From Gracilinanus agilis (taxonomy: Eukaryota): DNA of 64,000 nt. The notes beneath the pieces were generated by a model that saw only the letters and a list, made by a program, of their open reading frames with translations, did no database searches and was not told the DNA's origin. The stretch spans positions 516,757,031 through 516,821,030 of the forward strand of contig NC_058133.1 in assembly GCF_016433145.1 (NCBI RefSeq), written 5' to 3'. Shown piece after piece: positions 34,370 through 46,322 of this stretch (positions within the stretch are counted from its first letter, which is position 1; each line of letters opens with the position of its first letter). The translations under genes were made by a program, and so were the position numbers.

Positions 34370-34755
34370 AACATTTAAATAAAATCAACCTACAAAACAA
34401 CCACAGCTGACAGCGTATAGGATGTTCTGTACCCTTTGTTCCCCATTTCCCTGAGAATATTTTTATAGAACTAAGGTTAGTTATTGCAATTCATCTGAAC
34501 TCAGTTGTCTTTTAATGTTTTCATTATGTTATGGTTGTTATTTACATGGTCCTCCTAGTTCTGCTTACTTCACTCTGTATTAATTCAGGCAAGTCTTCCT
34601 AGGTTTCTCTGAATTTCTTATACCTGTTATGTTTTTTACAGTACAATATTCTGTTAAACTCATATATCACAATTTGTTCAGTCATCCTCCAGTCAACAGG
34701 CACTCTTTCCCCCTCAGTTTTTGCAGCCATAAAAAATGCAACAATGAATATATTG
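34370..34755 (-). mobile_element. Old L1 fragment
   Basis: ctgcttacttcactctgtattaattcaggcaagtcttcctagg...tttttgcagccataaaaaatgcaacaatgaata. Confidence 0.6.
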
Positions 34756-35919
34756 ACTTTTTTCAAGACTTAGTTCAGAGGCCACCTTTTGTAGTAGGTC
34801 TTTCTCCGTCCTCCCAAATATTTGTGCCTTCCCTTTTGAGATTGCTTACTATTGACTCTGTATGTATCTTGTAGGGACTGAGTTATTTATGTATCATCCC
34901 TCCCAATGGAAGATATGCTCCTTGAGTTTAGGGACTGTCGGGATCTTAGTTTTAGCCACAGCCTTTAGCCCTGTGCCTGCCCCTAATGAATGCTCATTCC
35001 TTGATACGCCTGGGACCTTCCCTTCTGCCTTTTTGTCATGGGATCATTGGGTCAAAGAGGTAGAAACTTAGAGTGACTTTTCTCACAAAATTCCCCATTG
35101 TCTAGCACCATTGGTCTAAAGCCCAGTTCCAACCAGTAAGTACTGACATGTGTAGTATTTGAAAGAAAGTGTCCATTGCAGCCCCAATAATTTAGCTCAC
35201 TAGGAAATGTGTTACCAGAACAGAAATGTGACCAATACACGTAGAAAGCATTCTGGGTAGGGAGCAGAAATATTCAGTATGGTTGAGTTAAAAAGCATGC
35301 CTAATCCATCTTGATAGATCAGAGTCCCCAGCTGAATTTAAACAAATAGCAAATGAGGCTGAAAAAAAAAGAATCAAAACACATGACCGTCATTCTTCCT
35401 CTCCACATGGTCCTGTTTCTGGTCCTGTTTCATTAGGATCTCATCTTGTGGCACTAATATGTATTTCTATCTGCTAGCGTGTTGGGACTAGTTCTCCTAT
35501 ATTTTTGTTTATGCACACGGCTGTTAGGAGTAGGAAATTCAAGATGTCAGCTTAGCCAATAAAAAGGATTTACCTCTGGTCCTCAGTTCCCTGCAAGCAT
35601 TCGTTAATAAAATATTCATTAAGCATCTATCCTATTCACAGTCTTGTGCGAGTGGGCACCAAAGTAGATTCAAAGATGAATGAGATTCAGGCCTTTCCCT
35701 CTGGAACTGGGGAGTCCAGCAATGGCCACATGGGATTCAGCTTTTACAAAGAGCTTTCCACGCTTTCCTACATCCACTTGATTCTCATGGCAGCCCTGTG
35801 ATCATGAGAGTGAAGGCATGCCTTGGATCCTTCAATGGACCTGTTCTCTCTCTCCTAATGTTCAGATTCCTTTCAGTAGTATTGATTGTAAGGCATTCAT
35901 GAGTCCTCTTCTGTTGCTG

Positions 35920-36065
35920 GTCACATCACCCTGTTTGCCTCAGTGTCCTCATCTGTCCAGGGAGCTGGAGAAGAAAAATGACTGACCCTGCAGTTTCTCT
36001 GCCAAGAAAATCCCAAATGGGGTCATGAAGAATTGGACATGACTGAAACGACTGAACAAAACAAA
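35920..36065 (+). mobile_element. MAR1-type SINE 3' part
   Basis: ctgtttgcctcagtgtcctcatctgt...gccaagaaaatcccaaatggggtcatgaagaattggacatgactgaaacgactgaacaa. Confidence 0.8.
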
Positions 36066-36707
36066 GCTTTGTCAACGAAGCCAAGGTAGTATAATTGATG
36101 GAGAGCCAGGCATGGACTCTTTGACAACTGAGCTTAATCCCCACCTCTGACACACACAAGCTTTGTATTGAACAGGCACCTCTCTGAGGTCACATGGCCT
36201 GGTGGATGGAGATTCTTTCCTGAGAATTCCCAACATAGATGAAATCAGAGGTCTGAGACCAACATGCCCATTCCCAAAAGTGCAGGCTGCCAAAGATATG
36301 TTGAAGTGAAGCTGTGAAGGACATTGAATGCCAAGCTAACGAATATAGACTTTCTTGGAAAACAATAGTGAGAGTTTTTGTTCAGCCTAGAATTTTAAAC
36401 AGATTGTTTTGGCAGCAGTGGGTAAGGAGGATTGGTGTGGGGAAGAGGGGACCATTGGCATTGGGTGGAACACCAAGCTGCCATCATGAAAAGCGATCAT
36501 CAGACTAGTGGCAGTGGCTCTTGTAGTGGTAAATATAAACATTGCCATTATTTGCAGGTTGACATGGCAGCTCTCAGTGAGGGGCAATGGTCCAAGCCAG
36601 AGTGAAGGCACAGATGTCCCCAGCATCACTGGAGTTTATGCAACCACCACTGAGAGAAAGGAGGGGAAAAAGTCTTTTGATATCATGTTATCAAAAAGAG
36701 GGCTTTA

Positions 36708-37665
36708 AATGAGCAAGGGACATGAATAGGCAATTTTCAGATAAAGAAATCAAAACTATCAACAAGCACATGAGAAAGTGCTCTAAATCTCTTATAATCA
36801 GAGAAATGCAAATCAAAACAACTCTGAGGTACCACCTCACACCTAGCAGATTAGTGAACATGACAGCAAAGGAAAGTAATAAATGTTGGAGGGGATGTGG
36901 CAAAATTAATGCATTGCTGGTGGAGTTGTGAATGGATCCAACCATTCCAGAAGGCAATTTGGAACTATGCCCAAAGAGCTTTAAAAGACTGCCCGCCCTT
37001 TGATCCAGCCATACCACTGCTGGGTTTATACCCCAAAGAGATAATAAGGAAAAAGACTTGTACAAAAATATTTATAGCCGTGCTCTTTGTGGTAACAAAA
37101 GATTGGAAAACGAAAGGATGCCCTTCGATTGGGGAATGGCTGAACACATTGTGGTATCTGCTGGTGATGGAATACTATTGTGCTCAAAGGAATGATGAAC
37201 TGGAGGAATTCCATGTGAACTGGAACTACCTCCAGGAAGTGATGCAGAGTGAAAGGAGTAGAACCAGAAGAACATTGTACAGAGACGGATACATTGTAGC
37301 AACATGGAATGTAACTGACTTCTCTACTAGCAGCAATGCAATGACCCAGGACAATTCTGAGGGACTTATGAGAAAGAAAACAAGCCACATTCAGAGGAAG
37401 AACTGTGGGAGGAGAAACACAGAAGAAAAACAACTGCTTGAACACATGGGCTGTTGGGGATATTATTGGGGATGTAGATGCTAAACGATCACCCTCGTGC
37501 AACTATCAATAATATGGAAATAGTTCTTGATCAATGATACATGCAAAACCCAGTGAAATTGCATGTCAGTTATGGGGGGGGGGGGGAGGAGAGGAAAAGA
37601 ACATGAATCGTGTAACTGTAGGAAAATATTCTAAATTTAAAAAATTAATTAAAAAGTAAAATAAA
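36708..37665 (+). mobile_element. 5'-truncated L1 (ORF2 end plus 3' UTR)
   Basis: [43 protein letters not shown] and PAIPLLGLYPKE, then 3' UTR and A-rich tail. Confidence 0.95.
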
Positions 37666-39365
37666 GGTATATCATGCCTTAAAGAAAAAGAATGAACTAT
37701 AACACAAACAATAGAGAAGTACAAAATACATTCCCTAAATAAATTGAATTTAATTCTCAAAAAAAAAAAAAAAAAGATTTTACTGGGATTGTCTTCCAAA
37801 GACCACGATGGTACAGTGTAAGAAGCTTTGACTCTGGAGTTAGAGCGAGGAACCAAATTTGAATCCCAGGCCACCACTTATTGCCTGGGTAATGTCTAGC
37901 AAGTCACTTAGTTCTCTGGGTCTCAGTTTCCTCATTTGTCTCAGAGGAGTAAAGTGGCTTATCCAGAACCACTTAGCTTATAAGTGGAAGAGGCAAGATT
38001 TGAACTCAAGGCAACTTGACACCAAAGCCAACATTCTTCCTGTTATAGCACCCTGTTGCTCTAGCTCTGCAGAAAAAAAATTGTTCTAGGTCTTAGTAGG
38101 ATCCACGGACACTTGGGCTCTATGGGAAAATTCACCCATATGATATTTGTAGAATGTCTCAGATGGCACTGGGGCTCTGTTCTGCTCGTGGCATAACCAT
38201 CGGCCAGCAAGGTGGCCTTGGGCACCTCATTTCGGGGCTCATCTGCCAAACAGCTGTGTTCCCAGCAGGAACTGCCACACGTTTTGTAAGAAATACCTTA
38301 ATTAAAGTACCCAAGTGCGGTTGGAGGCGCTCAGATGGTAGAGCATTCTTTTTCAAGATGTCCTCCGGAATGATTGTTCATTCTTTGAGATTATTTTAGA
38401 AACAAAAATGTAATCAACTTGTTTGTCACCTGCCACATCTCTGCCATGTAATGAAGTGCACCTGAGTTACTATGGGGGACAAACACTGGATCTGGAGAGT
38501 TTGGGATGACAAAAGGATTGGGGGGGGGGCACGAAGATCAAAAGCTAGCTAAGGCTCGAGTTAGAAAGCACGATGGATTCAGTCTCTTTCTGTAGCACAT
38601 TCGGTTTCTTTTGTCTCTTCCCCATCTCCAGGTTGTTCCATTTCACTCACTCATTCAGTTATTAAATTAACTCAGCCCTCGGCGCCTGCTGTGGCCCCAC
38701 AGGCATGGTCAGCCAGGTTTGAAAATAGTTAATTTTCATTCTGCAATTAAAAAAGAAAAACCTGTTTCATTTTATTACCAGTGTCCCCCCCCCTTCCCTA
38801 CCATCATGCTCTCGAGACATGGATAGGATTAGAAATGAGTTCATGTAATTAGCTCCAAACCGAGCTTTGCTCAGTCATCCATGGAGTCTTTCTGGAGTTC
38901 TGCATCCTGCTTTGAACCCTCAAATGGAGGTGGATAATAGAAACCTTGAGAGGTAACATGACATAGTAGAGAAAGAGCAGGCCTTGGAACCGAGAGACTT
39001 ACATTCAAGTACTCATCTTGACTGTACAAACTGCCACTGTGCACATTATTCAAAGTCTTGGTGCCCCAGGAAGTGCTTTAAAGTCTTCGAGGTTCAGAGA
39101 AAGTACCAACCTTCATTGTTTCCTTACCTAGAAACCAAGCCAAGACCTCTCTAGACCAATCAAATCAAAGTTCTAAGCAAAACAAACAAGACCCCCTCAA
39201 TACCAGATGAGACATGGTACAGCAGTTGGCAATGACTGAGGCAAAAAACCTGAGGAAAATGGTGGATAAATGAATACTGGCTTTACCTTGAGGTAAAACT
39301 CTCTAAGCAAAACAAAACTCGTGTTCTCAAGACATTTCAACTAATTCAACTCAAGAAAAATTTTT

Positions 39366-39533
39366 NNNNNNNNNNNNNNNNNNNNNNNNNNNNNNNNNNN
39401 NNNNNNNNNNNNNNNNNNNNNNNNNNNNNNNNNNNNNNNNNNNNNNNNNNNNNNNNNNNNNNNNNNNNNNNNNNNNNNNNNNNNNNNNNNNNNNNNNNNN
39501 NNNNNNNNNNNNNNNNNNNNNNNNNNNNNNNNN
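39366..39533. other. Assembly gap (N run)
   Basis: Run of N. Confidence 0.99.
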
Positions 39534-39684
39534 GCAAGAGTGGGGAAGACAGGAAGGGAGGGATGAAGTTCACTCCACCCTTGGATTTCTCATGTTAAAA
39601 CTCTTCTCTTTTTCTTTGGCCCCTTCCTCTGATTTACTAGTTCCTTCCAGAAGCTCCATTTTTTTTTTAAATTTATGGCTTGGC

Positions 39685-39800
39685 TTTTTTTTTAACATTT
39701 ATTAATATTCATTTTTAACATGGTTACATGATTCATGCTCCACCTTTCCCCTTCAACGCCCCCCCCGCACCCCCCCCCCCACCCTTGGCCGATGAATGCC
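39685..39800 (-). mobile_element. Very short L1 3' end
   Basis: Antisense of catgtaaccatgttaaaaatgaatattaat, which matches the tail of the L1 at 26056-28028. Confidence 0.8.
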
Positions 39801-39829
39801 CAGGCTGGCCATGTCTTCATTCCTCTCCA

Positions 39830-40050
39830 GGTTTCACTCCTGACATCCTGGGCACTCTCCAGTGCTCCACACTCACCTTCACTCTCTTCACCTTTCAGCG
39901 CCCTTATGTAGTGTTCTCCCTGATTAGACCATAAACTCCTTGAAGACAGGGCCTGACTACTTTTTTCTCCTCTCGTTTGTATTCTCAGCACTCACCTCAG
40001 TGCCCGGCACACAGACAGTGCTTACTAAATGTTTATTGACTTACTGACTT
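39830..40050 (+). mobile_element. L2 3' end fragment
   Basis: cataaactccttgaagacagggcctgac...gtattctcagcactcacctcagtgcccggcacacagacagtgcttactaaatgtttattgac. Confidence 0.65.
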
Positions 40051-40931
40051 GGGATGGAGATGGCTTCATTGGTATGAGACTTGTCCAAAGTCTCATAGGG
40101 CATAGCCAAGCTGAGATTTGAACCTCAGTCACCCGACTGTGTTTCCCTCATTTAAAAAGCTGTTGTTGGAGATCACAACCACCAGCCGCTCTCCTCTGAT
40201 GACACCAGCATTCGTCTTTACCCATCACTTCATAAATAAGTTCAAAAGCTGGCCGGTTGGGGATGCATTCTAAGAGCACGGTTACAGCCATCACATGCGT
40301 GAAGAGAAAAAGGATAAGGTAAGGCTGGAGATTCCATTTCTCTCCCACTGATATTTGACTTGTCTGCACTCTGGGGCAGCCTGGGAACAGGAAATGTCTT
40401 CTCATAAACTTTCTGAAGCGTGACAGGGAATATTTGACTTCAAGTATTTTCCCATATGGTGAACCATTTGTTATGAAGGTTTCTAGTGATGCTGTGGGCA
40501 GCAGACCCTCTGGGCTCCCACGCAGTGAGAGTTTGCTGCTTCCCGGACCACAGGCCACAGGGTAGCACTTGCCGGAGTCATGGGGGAAGCAGTCAGGTGC
40601 AAAGACTTTATTTAGAGAGTCAGTCAACTAGCCTTTGGTGACCTCAGGAGGAAACGTGAAGGGATCTCACTGGATGCCTGTGTGTTTGTGTGGACAAAAA
40701 TGATCTTCACAGTTAGTTTTAGTGAGGCAAAGTGACATAATGAAGAGTTAGCCTGAGGAGTTAGTATGATTGGAGATCAAGTCCTGAGATGTATTGGCTG
40801 TATGACCCTGGGCAAGTCACTTAACTTCTCAGTAGCCCGGGCAATATCTCAAGCTTCATATAGATGGGAAAAGGAAAGTGACCTTCCTCAAGCTCCATGC
40901 GATGACCTAATTATGCAGTTTCAGCCAATCA

Positions 40932-40935
<4 letters not shown>

Positions 40936-40973
<38 letters not shown>
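40936..40973. repeat. (GT)n microsatellite
   Basis: Direct observation. Confidence 0.98.
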
Positions 40974-40974
<1 letters not shown>

Positions 40975-42149
40975 TGTTTAGGTTAGTTTCTCTCAAGATA
41001 TTCCTGCTCAGACCTAGAGAAGATTTGCCATTTGGGCTACAGACATGTGCTGAAGGAGGAGAGAAGTACTGTTTGGGCTCCCATCAGGATACTGTGCCGT
41101 CTGGGTTCCTCTGAGGCAGAGTTAAGTCTTTGTACTGTTCACAGAGACCCTGAATCCATCACAAATGGAACGTGCAATATCAGAGGCTTGGGCCATCCAA
41201 AGTCAGAAATAAGTGAGCCATCGAGGGTGCTGCCACAGAGTGCCATTTTTCTGGAGATGCTGTCGCCCCTTTATGAATAATGGCAGGTTGGTCAATCCAT
41301 GGACAAATCCTGATGTTGGTGGAGCTTTCCTTCTTGGCAGCGATGATGTGGTAAAATGGCAATGATGACGATTCCAACAGTATTGGTGAAGTGGTAATGG
41401 TCTCTATGGCAACAGTGATGACTGACATTCTAGGGATGTAGATGACAATGGTACTTGTGGAGGTAATGGGGGTGATGATAAGGACAGTAGAGCGGTGATG
41501 ATGGTAACAGGCCATGTGACACCATGAAGAAAGTTAACTCAGTAAGACCTGCCAGTTCTGCCACTGGCATATGTTGGCTGGCTGTGACACCGCTTAGTGC
41601 TCCAGATTAACTAGAATCATGAATTGAAGAGAAGGTGCCGATATGCATTGGTAAAGGGAGTTTCCTCATCTGAGATGTTCTCTAAGTCAAAGAAATTAGA
41701 GGTTGTGGCAAAAAACAAAGAAACAGATATTTTAAAGTCCACAGAGGCATTTACATACACTATCTCATTTGATTCTCACCACAACCGCTGAGGTAAAGCC
41801 TGTTATTATGTCCATTGTACAGATGAAGAAACTGAGACTCATAAAGGCGGAGTGATTTTTCCCAAGGTCTTAATATCTAAGACCACATTTAAGCTGCAGT
41901 ATTTCTGATTCCACAACCAATGATCTAACCATTATATAATGTTCATACTGCCTCTTGAGCTGTTCCAAGTCTCTCCATCCCATGCTTCACCCCCCTCCAG
42001 CCCCAGTCAGGCATCAAACTCCTGGCCAAGAGATTTATAAGAATGTGGACATTGATTCTGAGACTTGGTGTACCCATTGTCAGATAAGCAAAGGCAGGTC
42101 AATAGCTGAGTCTAATGAGATGAATTCATCCTATCAGTGTATCCAGATC

Positions 42150-42272
42150 CTCCTACCCAGTAGACTTGCTCATTGGCTCAGGAGAGGGGTAGAAGGAGGG
42201 GAGGGGAAAAAACATGAATCATGTAACCACAGAAAAATATTCTAAATTAATTAATTAAATAAAAATTTTCAA
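42150..42272 (+). mobile_element. L1 3' end fragment
   Basis: G-rich tract, aaacatgaatcatgtaaccacagaaaaatattctaaattaa and tail. Confidence 0.75.
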
Positions 42273-42423
42273 ATCAGATCCTCTAACAATGATTTCATTT
42301 GAGTATGGATTGTCCATGCCAGTCCTTTTCTTGGAGCTGGGAGGAGCTACTTCAATCTCTCATGGCCCTTGGCCCAAATGGAACCAGTGGATATGATAGA
42401 TAGGAATCTTGATTCCAAGGTCA

Positions 42424-43087
42424 TGGAAAGGATAAATTTACAGTTGGACTAAATTATTTAAGAGAATGGTTGCCAGAAATTTAATTAATTCATTTCAAAT
42501 TGTTATTTAGCAATTTATTTATAAAATAGAGAAATGAGAAGAAGGAGGAGTATGAGATCTAGCTTAATGAGCTAGATTATGTGCTCAAGCCCTGCTTACT
42601 CCAGCAGGGCTCCAGTAGCCCCAGCTGGAGGGCCTAAGGATCAATTAACAAGGGTTTTAGCCAAGAGGCCTCCTCCAGATGAGGGGCCCCACCAGAGGCT
42701 AGTACCTCCAGGAAAGCCAGGGAAGGGAGTCAGCTTTTTTCACTCACCCACGTGGTAGTTTTAAGAAGAAATATAAAGCAGTCCAAGGTCCTCAACCAGA
42801 GTCCCTCCAGGGTCAAGTAGAAGGCAAAAGACCCTTTTTACAGGAGGTCTTGTAATTTATAAAGACCATTCCTTTCATCACTTCCTGTGCCTTCCTCCCA
42901 TTTTACATGTACCAAATACAGATAAAGCTTTGCTTAGGACCACCCAGGGGGCAGTAGTCAATTCTGATTCGTCACCCACTATTGCACACGTGGGTCATAG
43001 ACCTCCTCCACTTGAGGATGAGTGGGGTGTGTACACTTTTGGTGATTAAATCTAAAAATGGGCAGGGTAGAGTTAATCCCATCTTCA
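42424..43087 (-). mobile_element. Solo ERV LTR (same family as 8889-9580)
   Basis: Shares blocks gaggcctcctcca.gatgaggg, ccagaggctagtacctccag, ctgattcgtcacccacta and terminal gagttaatcccatcttca. Left end approximate; TSD unclear. Confidence 0.75.
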
Positions 43088-44815
43088 AGTCAGGGAACCA
43101 AAGCCAAGAAAGGCTATCCTCAGTGATATGGAAGTGATCTAGTTGGCAATCTATTTTTCTAAGTGAGACATCATGAAGGCCACCTTAGCCCATACCATGA
43201 GGAATCATTTGAAGATTTGAAGTAGAGGCCCCTACCCAGAAGGGTTCTGGTAAAAATTTAACAATCAGCTTTCTGAAAAGACTGATCATGTTTTTAAGTT
43301 TAATCTGTATTATTAGCATTTTTTCCATCATTTTTAAGTCCAGGTGATCAAAAAAAAAAAAAAAAACAATAAACCAAGTCCTGAATGGTAATGTTTGCAA
43401 ATTCCAAGATGTAAGTTCTCACCCTGAAAATTTAATAACCAGTTCTCATGCTGGTATATACTGGCTTCAGCCAGTCCTTCCCTTTACCCATCTTGAGATA
43501 GTGTTGGACGGGTGCTTTAGGTCACAGCTGGTGCCAGAACTTCCCACACCATGAAGTTAGCAAATCCAAACCCAGGCTGGATTGGTGCCAAAATGTCTTT
43601 GGGACTGAAGTGATCATGAACGTCAGGAAGAACAGAGTCTCAATTCAAAGAAAACACATGGTCAGGTAGGAATCAACCTGTCTCCTCCAAAGTTTGGTGT
43701 TCTGTGCAGGTGTGGCTGGTTTGGGGAATACCAAGCCTCTCCTGATACAGGCTATGAGCTCATACAGAGGTTTAAAGGTCACCTAATTCAACCCTCTACC
43801 CAGTGCATGAATAGTCTCTCTGCTTATCAGTGGTGAGGGTGTGCCGTGATGACTTATCATAAAAAAATAATAACCACTGGACATGAAAGCTATTTTCATA
43901 GGAGTGGGGGACCAGCTTTTTCTCCTCTCGCCTCCTAGAAAAGACCTGATTCTAACTTATTAGTGCTGGGGGCATGTATTTGCAAATGCAAAGAAGCTTT
44001 GAATATGATGCTGAGAACCATGAGAAAGGCAGCATTTGGATTTCAGCTGGAGGGCATTGCTGAGCCTGGATCCGGAGAGTAAATATTTAGCCCCAGCTCT
44101 GTTTCTTCTTGGGATGGGAAAACTGACAGTGGCAAAAACACTCTGCTGGAAGGAAATACTGAAAAGTAAAAAGCACAGGCAATTGTAAGTGGATGGTGCA
44201 GAAGAAGGAACGTATGTGTGCATCTATATGTTGGGGATGGCTCACCCATTTCTCAGGGGGGCAACAGCTGCTAGAGATAATGTGAGTTGGTTCTGATCAA
44301 GAGAAAAATAATTTCTGGCAGCAAATGACTTTCTCCTCTAGTTTCAGGTGTGTATGGGGGTTGGGGGAAAATTGGGTGGAAGGTTAAGAAGAGACAGACC
44401 TACAGTAGAGGCACATGAGAAGCAAAATATTGCAAAAATGGTAAGGATGTTTAAAGGGTTATTGTGAGGAGTGAGTCAGAGTGGTACAGAGGGTGCTGTA
44501 GGAGCATTGGACCTGGGGTCCTGAGATCTGGAAACTCTAGTGCATAGGCTTGTAACTATAATAATGGTTCACACTGATGCAGCCACTTAGGATTCCAAAG
44601 CATTGACCTCATGAGGGAGGGGGCAAGAATAATATTTGCCATTTTATTCATGAGGAGGATGGGTTCGGAGATTGTATTACTTAGAGGACTCTCTCATTGC
44701 CACCCATCAATGAGGTCCATTATCATTAAGTTACTTCACTTCTTTGGACTTTAGCATCTTAATCTACAAACTGAGAGGGGGCTAATTGATCTCCAAAATG
44801 CTCTCTGTCTCTCTG

Positions 44816-44850
<35 letters not shown>

Positions 44851-45003
44851 TTAGTCCATTCTTTCACTCATAACTCACTTTTCCCCCACTTAACAAGGCT
44901 ACCAGTCACTCTCACATATAGGTCCCATATATCTAAACTGTATATATCTTGAATATACCTGTTTACTACATGTTGGCTCCTCCATCAAAGTGTAAACGCT
45001 ATG

Positions 45004-45190
45004 NNNNNNNNNNNNNNNNNNNNNNNNNNNNNNNNNNNNNNNNNNNNNNNNNNNNNNNNNNNNNNNNNNNNNNNNNNNNNNNNNNNNNNNNNNNNNNNNN
45101 NNNNNNNNNNNNNNNNNNNNNNNNNNNNNNNNNNNNNNNNNNNNNNNNNNNNNNNNNNNNNNNNNNNNNNNNNNNNNNNNNNNNNNNNNT
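45004..45190. other. Assembly gap (N run)
   Basis: Run of N. Confidence 0.99.
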
Positions 45191-46258
45191 ATTATGCTTG
45201 GCACATAGCAGGTGCTTAAAAAAATGCGTGTTGACTGGAATGGAATGGACTGGAGCATCAGTCACTGCACTAGGCACTGAGGATAGAAAAAAGACAAAAA
45301 CCCCAACTAGATGTAGCCCTCAGTGGATTTCCATTCTATTCTTGCCTTCCTGCCTAGATGCCAAGGCTGCCACAGAGAGGAAGGCTCAGTTTCAAAGAGT
45401 CTTGATGAGAGTCAGCAGGAAGAATGGGCTGTGAAAAGCGACAGAATATAGAAAGTGAAATGAAAAGGTTGGAGATAATAAGTGGAACTGGTCAATTGTT
45501 AGGTAGAGATAAATGAAGGGCTTCAATGTCCTCAACAATGAGTTCAGTACAACAGCTCTGTAGACCTGATCCAGTTTGGCAGAGCAGCCTAATGCCTCTT
45601 CTCTCCCCCACTTTCCTTGAGAGCCTCCCAAATCCTGAGCAATAGCTCTGGTAAGGTGTGTGTCCATCTCAACATCTGCACATACATCCCTGGCAAATAG
45701 AGATCCTCCCTGCTCTTTCCATTGTACCTCCCAGGCTCTTCACAGTAGCCCCCTGCCACTTAGCTCTCCCTTTTCCCTGTACCAAGAGTATGCCCAAAGT
45801 GCCATTTCTGAGGATCACTCCATCACAGTGAGTCCCAAAGCAGCACGCCTGTTAAAGTATAAAGCCATCTGTAACATGTGTCATCCGGAAAACATGAATC
45901 CCCCAGAAAGGCAGCAGAGTCTGGGAGTGACCACCAAGGCTGGGCTGCTGCTCTCTGGGGCTGTTCTTCAAGGGAACTTGACTGAAGAGATGACAGGCTG
46001 AGCTCCAGTTTCTTTAGAGCTGCTTTATGCCCAGCTTGATCTTGCCCGGTTCCATGGGGGCTGGTTATTTTTCCTTTGTTATGCTAACAGGGCCCTGATG
46101 CCAAAGAACAGATTCTCTTCCCTTCCCTTCTCAGAAAAAAGCTCTCCTCCTCTTCAGCAGAAGGGAAGCTCTTCCCACGGAGCCCTGTACATTAGTCTGG
46201 ATTTCTGGACAAAAATGAAACCCAGAATTCACCATTCCCTGCTGGTCTAAAGGGTTCT

Positions 46259-46268
46259 GTGTGTGTGT

Positions 46269-46321
<53 letters not shown>
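46259..46321. repeat. (GT)n microsatellite
   Basis: Direct observation. Confidence 0.98.

Positions 46322-46322
<1 letters not shown>

Noticed and set aside
40148-40627. 159-aa minus-strand ORF in unique DNA
   Set aside because: No recognisable domain or exon signals; the length is within chance expectation.
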